Shown piece after piece: positions 39,901 to 49,475 of a stretch of 64,000 nucleotides of DNA. The translations under genes were made by a program, and so were the position numbers. The number at the start of each line of letters is the position of its first letter. The first letter of the stretch is position 1. The notes under the pieces are model-generated. The model did no database searches and was not told the origin of the DNA. It saw nothing but the letters and a program-made list of their open reading frames with translations. The stretch is from Mytilus edulis (Eukaryota), in the NCBI RefSeq assembly GCF_963676685.1, contig NC_092353.1:67952001-68016000 (forward strand), read 5' to 3'.

Positions 39901-42347
39901 ATATAGTTTAACCCTTGTCCGATATTCCGAAATTCCGAAATTCCGTAATTCCGAAATTCCGTAATTCCGTAATTCCGTCATTCCGGAACAAACCATTATA
40001 CGGAGTTTTTTTTCTAAACGCCTTCAGATATTGAGCTGATTTTTGGTATGTAAGTTAACCATGATAAGTTACAGATCAAGTTAAAGTTTCGTTCCGCCCC
40101 ACAATTTTTTGCCGAAATTACGGGCTTTGGACTTTGAGAAATTGTTGAAAATCACAGTTATACAGACTTTTTTTTTAAACCCCTTCATATTTTGGGCTGA
40201 TTTCTGGTATGTGAGTTAACCATCATCAGTTACAGATCAATTTTAAGTTTCGTTCCGCTCTGCTAATTTTTGCTGACATTACGGGCTTTGGACTTTGATA
40301 AATTATTGAAAATCACAGTTATACAGATTTTTTTTCTATACGCCTCCAGATTTGGAGCTGATTTTTGATATGTGAGACTACCATCATGTTTATGTTCACA
40401 TGTGTTATTGAAATTGCAGATTTTTCAACTGTTTGGGACGGGGACATTCGTGTCGCTTCGACACATCTAGTCCTAACTATTCAATATAGATTTATAAAAA
40501 AAAAATAATAATGAAAGTAACTCCTTATAAATTTCTGGATTTATCTCAATCACAAATGTCAAAACTAAGTAAATATTGACATCCCAAATATTTGAGAACT
40601 AATGTTGGATGAATATCTCATTACTAGAACAGCTGTACAACCAAACGGTAAAAACAATAGCCAATGGTTTTCTGAGGGATATGGAACCTTTGATTCTTAA
40701 TATTTTTCAATTTGTCTACAGAGAACTAAAAAATATGTTGTTATCAATCATGTAAGTAATTAAGCACTGACGTCTGAACTAATGCTTAAGAAGTAAATAT
40801 TGACATCCAATTGATTTATGTTATCAAGCAATGATTTAAGCTAAATATGATTTTTAATACTTAAATTACACTTTTTAATCAAATGTGTACATTTTGTAGG
40901 TATCTTAAAATTAGAAAACTTTGTGATGTAATGGGCGTGGATGATCCACACGATCCCGATGAGTCATATGAACTAACAACCGACAATGTTAAGAAAATCC
41001 TTGCTATCTATATGAGATTCAGGTAACAGTACAAATTATTAACTTTGAATCTATAATCTGTATTTATTTATTGAGGATGTGCTAACCCGTTTAAAATAAG
41101 ATTTCTACAGGGAAAACCAAACTCAATAAAACCATATCTATGAAAGTATATCACTTATTTGTTATGCAATATGAAACATTAAGCGAACTCATTAAGTTAT
41201 CAATACGAACAAGCTTATGTAACAGAAGTAATAAATAGTTTAGATTCGGTAAAGTTGAGGCTTTTCACTAAGTTCTGCAAATTAAAAGCAACAAAACTGC
41301 AAGTTCAACAACAATATCGTAAAACTAATACTTATAGAGGTACCAATCTCGCAATTTAAATTAATTACTAGTAAATGATCCATACAAATACTGTTTCCTT
41401 TATTTTTCTCACGTAAATATATTCAAAATATGAAGTGGACAAATATAGAAATAAGATATAGCAATGCTAAAAACAACTTTTGATGGCAAAACATTCTATT
41501 TGATATTTAGGGAAAGTCATAATGTACTACCTCATTTTTTAGTTTCGTCAAAATATGTTTTTTAATGATTCCATATAATTAGCTGAGAAATAATAAATCA
41601 TTTCTTAACGTCTAAGAATTCATCAGATGTAAACAAAATAACAGTACAGTCACAGATTTTCTGTTCCTTGTAACAGGATACAATTTCCAACTTTTGGTAT
41701 ACATCACACCATAGTTCATGATGTCGTTGCATTGTCAGACGATGAATATTTAGAACTTTCTCACTATTGTTTTATAGTTCAAATAACTAACGATTGATAT
41801 TTCTTTTTCAAATGTCTTGTTTCTACGATAAACTATGCTATTGAATTTAAAATATTTAGATCTTTAAAAATATATATTAATGTTAACCTTGATTAGAAAA
41901 ATTAAAGACAAAAGAATCAAAAAAGAAAGTCTTTTAAATCATGATAAAACATTTTGCTTGTTTCAGTTTTGTAAAGGTTTACTATTTATTTTCAGATGTG
42001 GTATACCGGTCATTATTATGGGAGAGACTGGTTGCGGAAAAACTAGATTGATTAAATTCATGTGTGACTTGCAAAGACCGCCTGAATATTTGCTACCCAC
42101 TATAGACAATAAAGTGGAAACAAAAGTTGAAAAAGTTGACGACCACGAAAATGATGAAAAAAATGACAACCACGAAAATGCTGAAATAGAAATAAATGAG
42201 CCAACTGAAGACGAGGATAACCTCAAAAATGTTGAAACAGAACAAAATAAACCAAACGAAGACGATGACATACTAGTTTGCTATGGTAGAATACACAAAC
42301 AGGAAGAAAACACAAAGCTACATATTCAGAACATGATTTTGATGAAG
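3691..42347 (+). CDS. RNF213: RNF213 (mysterin)-like giant AAA+ ATPase/E3 ubiquitin ligase, 5' part: 36 coding exons, one in-frame stop at 36273-36275, 3' half not seen in window (possible pseudogene)
   Basis: Exons join with GT-AG boundaries and consistent phases (7659 nt). The translation carries RNF213-family motifs in order: VQIYFHAILS, HHQFDGVV, LYCMPLLHYL, LKELNVFVDLASMSAGE, WFKSVKKSHGSIE, LDLQSRLMLVAGK, PLLNFFTTDQIV, GEPNLIIC, QPLPQSDEVLLC, SSRAGVGKT, CGIKDPSWAEL, HPYLFFNPD, DPDESYELTTDNVKKILAIYMRFRCGIPVIIMGETGCGKTRLIKF. Confidence 0.93.
4726..4944 (+). CDS. RNF213: RNF213-like exon 2 (acidic/Ser-rich disordered arm)
   Basis: ttaag| acceptor; DVSEANKLRTETD...SSSEDSSSENEENS...RKPE; G|gtattt; phase 1-1. 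Confidence 0.75.
5934..6253 (+). CDS. RNF213: RNF213-like exon 3 (low complexity, basic Lys/Arg cluster)
   Basis: aacag| acceptor; in frame with ORF 5948; KKTKRQKKQEKKELRKRMKE; AGT|gtaagt; phase 1-0. Confidence 0.78.
6723..7632. mobile_element. Non-autonomous hAT-type element (MITE) in intron
   Basis: 12-bp TIRs TAGTGTTGTCAA / TTGACAACACTA; perfect 8-bp TSD GTTTTAAG (6715-6722, 7633-7640); subterminal AACCGGTT repeats at both ends. Confidence 0.9.
7750..7793 (+). CDS. RNF213: RNF213-like exon 4 (44-nt small exon)
   Basis: Polypyrimidine tttttttcag| then IDPNTNRHLEDEIY, AG|gtatgg; supplies the required 0 to 2 phase shift. Confidence 0.65.
8132..8290 (+). CDS. RNF213: RNF213-like exon 5 (start of CBM20-like domain)
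   Basis: ECVQIYFHAILSP; AG|gtacga; phase 2-2. Confidence 0.85.
8897..9084 (+). CDS. RNF213: RNF213-like exon 6
   Basis: ttacag|; RVIGNGFAEYEGMLCV...VYNYYV...DEFIY...TRFID; G|gttagt. Confidence 0.85.
9639..9952 (+). CDS. RNF213: RNF213-like exon 7
   Basis: atacag|; DIHHQFDGVVRG..., in frame with ORF 9701; AAG|gtaata. Confidence 0.85.
11013..11266 (+). CDS. RNF213: RNF213-like exon 8
   Basis: ttttag|; in frame with ORF 11049; AA|gtaagt. Confidence 0.8.
12796..13011 (+). CDS. RNF213: RNF213-like exon 9
   Basis: tttcag|; FYLYCMPLLHYLQ...VWWGIEHF; donor AA|gttaga chosen for phase fit. Confidence 0.82.
14180..14378 (+). CDS. RNF213: RNF213-like exon 10
   Basis: SLQKVIGSLLPFFELDFLLARTVVASM; CAG|gtaacg. 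Confidence 0.8.
16352..16397 (-). ncRNA. Minimal type I hammerhead ribozyme motif in a Penelope-like element remnant
   Basis: Minus strand reads gagcgtca-CUGAUGA-guuuu aug aagac-GAAA-c gcgc g-UC-uggcgu. Confidence 0.72.
16473..16531 (+). CDS. RNF213: RNF213-like exon 11 (59 nt)
   Basis: ttatag| GFKQLFTTVSSVLLKMNTQ AA|gtaagc; provides the 0 to 2 phase shift. Confidence 0.65.
17076..17373 (+). CDS. RNF213: RNF213-like exon 12
   Basis: ttgcag|; ORF 17077 frame; CAG|gtaatt. Confidence 0.8.
18230..18275 (-). ncRNA. Minimal type I hammerhead ribozyme motif in a Penelope-like element remnant
   Basis: Minus strand reads gagcgtca-CUGAUGA-gucua aug uagac-GAAA-c gcgc g-UC-uggcgu; perfect 5-bp stem II. 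Confidence 0.78.
18325..18426 (+). CDS. RNF213: RNF213-like exon 13
   Basis: ttgcag| LWDESFNIKIPDG...TCLEKW |gttagt; 102 nt. Confidence 0.8.
19219..19320 (+). CDS. RNF213: RNF213-like exon 14
   Basis: ttacag| KEPYKLKEIIDVYCSRVESFHPALQEILSICALE |gtatat; 102 nt. Confidence 0.85.
20479..20671 (+). CDS. RNF213: RNF213-like exon 15
   Basis: ttttag|; YYGALVSHVFERN...FLKHAMAWPPF; A|gtaagt. Confidence 0.85.
21566..21859 (+). CDS. RNF213: RNF213-like exon 16
   Basis: ctacag|; ELLQGQITLDVL...LCIREKELEAF; G|gtattt. Confidence 0.87.
22072..22355 (+). mobile_element. Degenerate Helentron-associated (HINE/DINE-1-like) element
   Basis: 5' stem-loop region, CGTC-like microsatellite remnant, 3' palindrome TGTGTCCCATGAACACA. 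Confidence 0.45.
22436..23076 (+). CDS. RNF213: RNF213-like exon 17
   Basis: tttag|; EVWKPSYTFWNSICYKLKTGDL...WIQIRLDQF...LKGDFS; ATG|gtaagt. Confidence 0.9.
24200..24350 (+). CDS. RNF213: RNF213-like exon 18
   Basis: tttcag|; AMKTFDDSLVKACSIL...CQPLVTWLKTSM; A|gtaagt. Confidence 0.88.
25104..25324 (+). CDS. RNF213: RNF213-like exon 19
   Basis: GLKELNVFVDLASMSAGETDIEVDR...GYAPLIF...KLPKKL; TTG|gtatgt. Confidence 0.93.
25605..25757 (+). CDS. RNF213: RNF213-like exon 20
   Basis: HLDWFKSVKKSHGSIEISSLSQTKAINSNGIYEVG; CCG|gtgagt. Confidence 0.92.
26030..26209 (+). CDS. RNF213: RNF213-like exon 21
   Basis: YKYDQLLDLQSRLMLVAGKAEQGKDEVDRF; TTG|gtacgg. Confidence 0.92.
27756..28362 (+). CDS. RNF213: RNF213-like exon 22 (ends in first part of UBA-like domain)
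   Basis: IFDAVARLGNIYVKL...KRREYPLLNFFTTDQIV...IIKCGFSRLLAKEAL; G|gtatgg. Confidence 0.92.
28781..28934 (+). CDS. RNF213: RNF213-like exon 23
   Basis: atgtag| AIDWCYDHDD...; GA|gtatgt. Confidence 0.82.
29737..29873 (+). CDS. RNF213: RNF213-like exon 24
   Basis: LRKLWQKFLHSISSSLSDYLSIEHLGIIL; G|gtaata. Confidence 0.88.
30648..30855. mobile_element. Tc1/mariner-type MITE
   Basis: TIRs CTGTGGATTCATT / AATGAATCCACGG flanked by TA on both sides; internal TTTCGTGG repeats. Confidence 0.75.
30990..31064 (+). CDS. RNF213: RNF213-like exon 25
   Basis: VNRTMQTYLKEGEPNLIICEQ; T|gtaagt. Confidence 0.88.
31275..31381 (+). CDS. RNF213: RNF213-like exon 26
   Basis: LLSIYSHEFDQPLPQSDEVLLCGSETS; ACG|gtgaaa. 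Confidence 0.9.
32267..32408 (+). CDS. RNF213: RNF213-like exon 27
   Basis: VDIFLRRSL...IYCLVNVGQLDYEVS; G|gtaaat. Confidence 0.9.
33039..33237 (+). CDS. RNF213: RNF213-like exon 28
   Basis: FRLVVICSTENENHSVISRAL...ASCVDFD; AA|gtgaga. Confidence 0.9.
33610..33925. repeat. Local tandem duplication (~125-bp conserved block, period ~194 bp)
   Basis: ATGTATCTGTTCAAGATCAAAG...CATTACACATTTCTTAAT occurs at ~33635 and ~33829. Confidence 0.85.
34010..34253 (+). CDS. RNF213: RNF213-like exon 29 (AAA2 P-loop AGVGKT, 34041-34058)
   Basis: VRVVRSSRAGVGKTLF...PRIFHFDIAHE; GAG|gtaaat. Confidence 0.93.
34717..34863 (+). CDS. RNF213: RNF213-like exon 30
   Basis: VHDGVDDFLFQLLILGCL...GYIWRKSHIDYYIIE; AAG|gtaact. 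Confidence 0.92.
35300..35574 (+). CDS. RNF213: RNF213-like exon 31
   Basis: LDILPSIVCCSP...STTFQRPYQYL...CLETLL; AG|gtactt. Confidence 0.92.
36209..36377 (+). pseudogene. RNF213: RNF213-like exon 32 containing in-frame TAG
   Basis: HCGIKDPSWAELYHFVSFLDK*LQDFEVSNFC...DLPGFPQFVLKFLIQMSR; TAG at 36273-36275; the exon is absent from the ORF track. Confidence 0.88.
36548..36593 (+). ncRNA. Degenerate hammerhead ribozyme motif (sense to RNF213-like intron)
   Basis: gagcgtcc-CTGATGA-gtcatttctaaac-GAAA-cgcgcgTCtggcgt; stems I and II carry mismatches. Confidence 0.55.
37630..37775 (+). CDS. RNF213: RNF213-like exon 33
   Basis: DFSTRSLKISEE...LYTMRRTWET; AG|gtaaaa. Confidence 0.9.
38534..38731 (+). 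CDS. RNF213: RNF213-like exon 34
   Basis: SPHPYLFFNPDGHSMTFLGF...NFDTLPR; AG|gtacag. Confidence 0.93.
39903..40471 (+). mobile_element. Helentron-associated (HINE-like) element with internal ~161-bp tandem repeats
   Basis: 9-bp ATTCCG(A/T)AA microsatellite near the 5' end, ~2.5 copies of a ~161-bp unit, 3' hairpin GTGTCGCTTCGACAC followed by CTAGT. Confidence 0.7.
40900..41022 (+). CDS. RNF213: RNF213-like exon 35
   Basis: KLCDVMGVDDPHDPDESYELTTDNVKKILAIYMRF; AG|gtaaca. Confidence 0.93.
41996..42347 (+). CDS. RNF213: RNF213-like exon 36 (AAA3 Walker A GETGCGKT, 42021-42044, plus acidic insert)
   Basis: RCGIPVIIMGETGCGKTRLIKFMCDLQ...NMILMK; AAG|gtaaac. Confidence 0.94.
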
Positions 42348-43159
42348 GTAAACAAATTCTTCCGTTCTTCGTAAGTATTGTATTTTTGACATGATTAAAA
42401 GCAACGAAATCCTCTTTAAACCAATTAATCTTTTTAGTTATTTGTATATTCCATGTAGTTTGTCGGGAACGATAATATTTGTTTTACTGCAAGGTGAGAT
42501 CAGACTTCATGTGACTATGTCATTTTCATGATACTGTATGCTTTTCTTTCTTATCCATCTCTTGTCTACTTTGAAATTACGGATAGCAAGTGTGTTGAAA
42601 ATCAGAAATGCATGAAAGATGTTCTCATCTTGCAAGAATGTGTTCCTTACAATCATTGACAGACAGCCTCCCATTTGGGAAAAACAAATATTAAAAAGTG
42701 TTAAAGTCAATGCACTAGCTCTTTATCTTGTCATACACACACAAAGACAAAACAGAGAGAGAAAGTATCAACAGCAAATACAAATCATCAGAACAATGTA
42801 TACTGAAAATACTATGATCAAAAGGGAAATCGCGCAACGCAAAAAAAGAACAACCCCCAAAAAAACAACAAAACATAACATACAAAAAATATACAGTTGC
42901 TTGACATGATGTCGGTACATACCCTGTATAGCCTTTTTGAGCAACGAACCCCAAAGATTAAGTGATCTTTGATCATCTTTTGGTGTCTTTGCATATCATG
43001 ATATAACATACATAACGCATTCTATTTGAAAAAGAGAATTTCTATTTTATTCTCTTTTTTTGGTGGTTTCAAATTCGGTTGACGATGTGAATTGAAATAA
43101 ACACTTTTTGCCAACAAATCTATAAGTTAATGGAAATGCGCTTACATGATTTTATCAAA

Positions 43160-43585
43160 TTTGAGGAAATCTCCCCACTCAATGAAGAAAACTAGTATTC
43201 TTGAATTGAAAAACGTACCAGTGGGGAAAATCTCCACATACACTACACATATAAAACCAATAACATTAGAATGGGGAAATATCCCCACATTCACATCTAC
43301 AACCAAAAACATCAGAATGCCGAAATTCCCACGATAAGATTATTAATTGGAAAATACAAGCTTTAATATTGCTGACCATCAAATGGGGAAATTTCCCCAT
43401 AATCTCATTATGTTCAAATCATAGAAAATATTGTTGACTATCAATTGGGGAAATTTCCCCATAATCTCATCATGTTCATATTAGATATTGTTGACTACAA
43501 ATTGGGGTAATTTCCCCATAATCTCATCATGTTCATATTAGATATTGTTGACTTCAAATTGGGGAAATTTCCCCATAATCTCATA
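43160..43585. repeat. Minisatellite (57-62 bp period) carrying palindromic kB-like sites
   Basis: GGGGAAATTTCCCC at 43385, 43447 and 43561; GGGGTAATTTCCCC at 43504; degenerate copies near 43164, 43223 and 43273. Confidence 0.85.
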
Positions 43586-45498
43586 CGATTCAAATTTACG
43601 GCAAATCAAATAATTGTATGTACTAAAACTGTCATCCAAAGTCGTGAAATTTAGACAGTGTTTAGACAGTTGACTACTTATGAAACAAATGTGTACCAAT
43701 GAGACAACTCTTCATCCAGGTCCCAATTTGTAAAAAAAAAACAACTTTATAGGTATAAAAAGGTCATCAACACGGAGCCTTGGCTCCTACCGAACAACAA
43801 GCTATAAAAGGCCCAAAATGACTAGCGTAAAACCATTAAAACGGGAAAACATAAGGTCTAATCTATATCAAAAACGAGAAACGAGAAACACTTATGAACC
43901 ACATCAACAAACGACATCTACTGAACATCAGATTCCTGACAAAATGTTTGAATATTTTGTGGTTATCCGTATGAAGAAGGCAGAATGTTTTGAATACAGA
44001 TTGCTTTTAAACACGAGGAGCTTACTTTAAATCGTCATCATTAGGAACAGACCTCCTTAAAAGAGAGGCAAATGATACCAGAAGAAAATTCAAACTCATA
44101 AGTCGAAAATAATCGGACAACGCCATGGTTTAAAAAGAAGACCAACAGACAAACAATAGTAAAAACACAACATAGAAAACCAAAGACAAAGCAGCAAGAA
44201 CCCACAAAAACACAAGGGATTGTTATATTCTTACGAAACCACAAAAACCACAAAACGCACACAAACAAGGAATTTAAATCTATGGTTGTTTAAAATGTAA
44301 TAAGCAGACACTACCGACCGCACTACTAAAAAGCAATTCCAATCAATTTGTTATACCAAATATCGATATTTTCAAATTTCAAATAGTTTTCCTGAAGCTG
44401 TTGATGTTCAGAAAATATCTATCCTGTATGTAAACGGTGGTTATGTTTTAGTGAATTTATAAAAGTAATTCTGTTAATGATGAAACTCAATAACTTGCAC
44501 AAGTACATCATCATAAATTTTAATATGCTAGGATTGTGTTTACTAATTACTATAAAAAGTGCTCTATGACACATTGTTACATATTTTAATATTGCAACTA
44601 TATTGAACAGCTTTATGTGCATAATGTTGTAACACACTTGGCGATTCTACGCACATCTATCTGTTGTTGATGATTTTTGCATACTTTTTCATCTATTTAT
44701 TTTCGTGGTTGATGTTGTCTCATTGATGGTGTGATAATTACTTCTTATTCTACATACAGTTTGTCATATTAAATTACAAGCACATTCAGACCAAACAAGC
44801 TAATTATGTGAATGTTTGTTTTTTTGTCATTAAGATACCATGATAATGTCCCAATATAGATTAAATAACATATATAACCTTGTTCATTCTTGTATACATG
44901 TATAAATATATAGGATCATTTGACTGATGTTAAATGTCTTTTGTTCAAGGACAAGGAAATACAGCTTCCTTTTGTTGTTGATATTGTTTATTATATCCTG
45001 TTTTGAGAACATTATCAGATGACTTGTGAGTTTCTTGTAAGTTCATATATATATGAAAGTGTTTTGTTAAACAAAACACCTTCAGCTGAATTCATTTCGA
45101 TGTCTTTTGTCGTAGATTCTGTAGACCTAACACTCTTACTAAGTTGTCGTCTGCAAATACGACTTTGTAACCTGTAAAATAGAGACTATCCAATCAAAGG
45201 GACAGAAAACCAAACACAAATTATGCATATACAATTAGATCAAACATATATACATCTTTCCTTTCATATGATGTTTCCCTAGACTTTATCGAAATGTTGA
45301 CTCCTTAGTGAGTCTTTTACTTCGAATGATATGTGCATTGTTTCTGTTGATTGGACATGTGATGCTCTGTGTTCTCTCCAGATACGCCAATTTTCTCAGC
45401 CAATAAATGCAAACGGTCATTTTTATATAAATTAGACCGCTCTTCGTTTTCCTGTTTGAATTGTTTTACACTAGTAATTTTTTTGGGCCCGTTATAAA

Positions 45499-45966
45499 AG
45501 GTGTCAGACCACCAATTAAAAGTCCCTATCTGTTCAACCAAATTTTGCAATTTTCATAGATTTCTAAATTTTTTATCTTAAGTTTAACCTCTTACAAACC
45601 AGGTATGTCCTGAATCGTACAGGTATCACCTTTCTTCATTCCAATTTTCGACATACCTTTAAAGCCATATAAGAAAGAAGAGACCTTCCGAATGGATGTA
45701 CCACTAAAAATAACCCCTGGTTTTCTTGAAATCTTAAATTAGTATACTATGGAGCGCATTAATCCTCAATTTTTAATTTCAACTCATAGACAAGTAAATT
45801 TGGGCTCAAAATGGTCTTAATATATTTCTCTTTCACCAAAAGTTTCATTTCTGCAAATTTGTTGTGTAGTTTAAGTAAACAATGACATCAAATGCACTAT
45901 TTTTTGTCCCGAGTAGGCCTACTTTTACGTTCTAAATTTGAGGGAGTATTTGGTGGTCTGACACCT
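45499..45966. mobile_element. TIR element (Kolobok-like AG...CT termini) nested in a dispersed repeat
   Basis: 17-bp TIRs AGGTGTCAGACCACCAA / TTGGTGGTCTGACACCT. Rejoined flanks (...GGGCCCGTTATA / TATAGCTTGCTG...) reconstitute the repeat seen in reverse at ~43690-43870. Confidence 0.75.
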
Positions 45967-46562
45967 TATAGCTTGCTGCTAGGTATGAGCCAAAGCTCCG
46001 TGTTGAAGGCCATACCTTGACTTATAATTGTTTACTTTTATAAAAAAAATTCATGGATGGAGACTTGTCTCATTGGCACACATACAACATCTTCCTATAT
46101 CTATGATATAGCCTAGAGTGCACAATGTGGCCTTAAACAACAACAAAAAACTACCTGACAATCAATCAACTCATTACTCATCGTTCTTTTGTAATCTCTC
46201 TTTAATGTATATCATGGTTTACCTGATTTAGTTTTTTCTAGGACTGTTGCATTATACCATTTCTTCTCCAGTTTCCAGAAGCCCATTACTTTTTCGTTCA
46301 TTGCGAAATCCTGAGAAAAAAATTTAAACAATGTAATCTTCTTTAGAATTTCACCTCTGTTTGAATGCTGCTTTTAATTTTATTAAAATGATATGTTTTA
46401 AACTAAATAGGAATACAAAGATGTGGTATGATTTCTAGTGACAATATCACATAGACGTAAATTGATTTGGATGTAAGCAGCTATATTTTACTGTACAATA
46501 TTCAACAATAAGCAATCATATGCCGTAGTGTAAGCTTAAAAAATACGATTGAACATAATGTC

Positions 46563-46733
46563 AAACAAGAATGTGTCCATAGTACACGGATGCCCCACTC
46601 GCACTATCATTTTCTATGTTCAGTGGACCGTGAAATTGTGGTCAAAACTTAAAATGAAGCGAACGGACGTACGGACGAACGGAGGCACAGACCAGAAAAC
46701 ATAATGCCCCTCTACTATTGTAGGTGGGGCATA
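46563..46733 (-). mobile_element. Internally deleted HINE-like element (same family as 62311-62632)
   Basis: Both ends are reverse complements of the 62311-62632 copy; GGAC microsatellite. Confidence 0.75.
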
Positions 46734-48007
46734 CAAATTTAAACGTGAATATCAACGGCCGATAAATAGAAATGCTTCATAGATCACAAACAGCAACCAA
46801 AACGACCACTAAATTACTGATTTGGGACAGACATTTAACATGTACAAATGTGGCCCAATTTAACGTCAAGTAAAAAACAAACAAATATTTCAATTAAGTG
46901 TGAAATCATTCCAGCAATGACACATTACTGGAAATAATTATTAGATTATTTTTGACATGTTTGAAGTTCACAAAAAATGCAAATGTATCATGATGTTCCA
47001 GGTTTACACCCCCTCCCCACCTTTTCCGCGAACTGGATCCCAACCGGTTTTCCAAAGAAAGCTGAATTATAACACAACGTGCAAATCTGAACTTAAAAAT
47101 AATATAAATATATGTTTTTGTTTTAGGTGCTCGTTGATATTTTGCGGAAAAGACAGAAATATAACGGTTGATAGCTTAAAACTACATTGCATACACCATG
47201 TACACATGTTATATATTTCACTGATTCACTTTGCCCAAGGCATTACAATTTTGTAATCTAAGTTTCAGTAAATTATTTCATAATCCACGACATGGGACTA
47301 GCAGAAACAAATAAAACATACTCATACTGCATACTCACATTTGTTACTTCCAATGATCTGATGTTTATCTGATTCTCAGGTATCTTCATTTCCTTTGAAA
47401 ATAATTGAGTTTGTAAATCAAAGTAATCAGTGTTTTGTTTAATTGACTAACCACACATACTGAAAAGTCTCGTCCGATTCACTAATCACTGATTTCATGT
47501 GGAAATTATTAAAGAATAAGCTCTAACTACAAGTATCGCATAAACTTGACATTTTAAAATATGATGACAATGAGCATGATGAGGTGAAGGTCAGATAAAT
47601 CCTGTCAGACAGATATATACACAGAGTTCGAGTCAGCCTTATCCGGCCATCTTTTAAAAATCAAATATCTCGAAATGAGCTCCATGACATTTCAATGTAT
47701 TTAGCTTATTTTGAGGCTTATCTAATGCTCTTCCGGGTAATAGTAACAATCTTAAATTCTTGCTTGATTTAATTTCACCTAAGTTCATCCTCAACTTACC
47801 TCGTTTGCATGTAAAGTTCTTGACTCGAGCTCAATTGTCATCTCTGTTTCCTATCAAAATAATATTTTGTTTTGATAAAAACTGTCCCATTTTTACAAAT
47901 AAAATAATATTTTGAGGTTCAATTTATCATATTAAAAAGGTTAACCGCACAATCAGCAGTAAGCATACACTACAAACTGCTCAGAGTCTGAATTGACCAG
48001 TTTTTGT

Positions 48008-48243
48008 GCTCGACCAGTAAAATCGAACACACATTTTACTCGACTAGTCTCGACATTGTCTCGGCTGTACTTAACTGTACTTTAATGTACTCGACTATGT
48101 CTGGACTTTACTTAATTAGTCTGATTCAGTACTTGATGATCTTTGTGTAGTCTGAAATGGTCTTGACCAATGCTCGACCTGTCTTGACTAGTCTCGACCT
48201 GTCTCGACTAGTCTTGACCTTCAAATTTAGTTTTGACTGGTGT
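48008..48243. repeat. Degenerate ~10-bp CTCGAC/CTTGAC tandem array (transposon subterminal-type)
   Basis: gtcttgacta gtctcgacct gtctcgacta gtcttgacct, ending ttttgactggtgta. Confidence 0.6.
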
Positions 48244-49475
48244 AAATCAGCCCATCTAACTAAATTAAATATTGATCTTACAAAATTCAAGCTTATTAGG
48301 TAGTTTATTTTATTGCTGTGAAATGAAAGAATTTAATTTTACAATAGGTAAAAAATTAAATTATTATATAAATTCAGATAGGCATCTTTAATTTTTTTAT
48401 AACTTTTTCTAATCAACTTGGATTTTCATCAAACTATGTAGCTATCTTAGATATATATTAAGCTTACTAAATCCCAGGTCATTTTATTTTTTCTTGTATT
48501 GCTGTCAAATTCAAGAATTAAATTAATCTATTTATTTTTTATCTATTTGTGTTACTAAGGAAGCTACCATTTAATTTCTACATGTTCAATGACTAACAAC
48601 ATGAACAAAAGTCTTACCACGGATATGATTCCACGCCTTTAAGAAGGTTGATCTTGAAAATAAAGTCCCTTTGAACTGGTCTTTAAATAAGGATTTCTGT
48701 GTATCGAAATCTTTAAGCTGAACACTTTGAACCTCTCCATCCACTCCTAAAACCTGAAATATTCAAATAAGTCAACGAAATGTATTGCTTGACCCTTATA
48801 GGTGTAATTTTGCAATAAAGATTAGTATTAACAAAAACCATAAAGCCTTGAACCTGGTCGCGTTCAGTTATATTTAGAAAAAAATATATGCTTTGCGAAT
48901 TGATGTATATCATGTATTTAGGACGCCAAAATCTAGGACGCAATTACATCGGACATTTTAAGGGCAAACGTATTTACCCATTTCAAGGAAAATATTTGTA
49001 GTCAATTATAGTTAAAAGTACAATTGCATCAATGCCAATTTTACAACAACATAAATGAATTAATATCTTCCTTTTCTTAAAAATTGTTTCACCTTTTAAA
49101 TTTTTCTAGCTATTGTAGTTTTCAAGATTATAGGAAAAGTTAGCTTACTACCAGTTTAATGCTTTGAACTCTGGTGGATAGCTTTCGCATTCGCATTTCC
49201 TTAAAAACGTAAAATATTGGTAAAACTCATCCTGTTACTGATAATTTGAGTATTTGTAACTTATGTGCAAATTGCGTATTGTTGATCATTTCTTGCTACA
49301 TCTATTTTAGATGTTAAAATAATTGGTTATAACGCAAAAGTCATTACTATATATCATGTATATAGTGCTATAACTAAACTTCTAGATTTGATCTTTTCGG
49401 TAATGCATATATTGCCTTCATTATTATTTTTAATGTATCTTTTATAGTTACTGTAGACTATTTTGAAACAAAATG

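Noticed and set aside
43385-43574. CRISPR-like look of regularly spaced palindromes
   Set aside because: The intervening sequences are near-identical rather than unique spacers; eukaryotic context with no cas genes.
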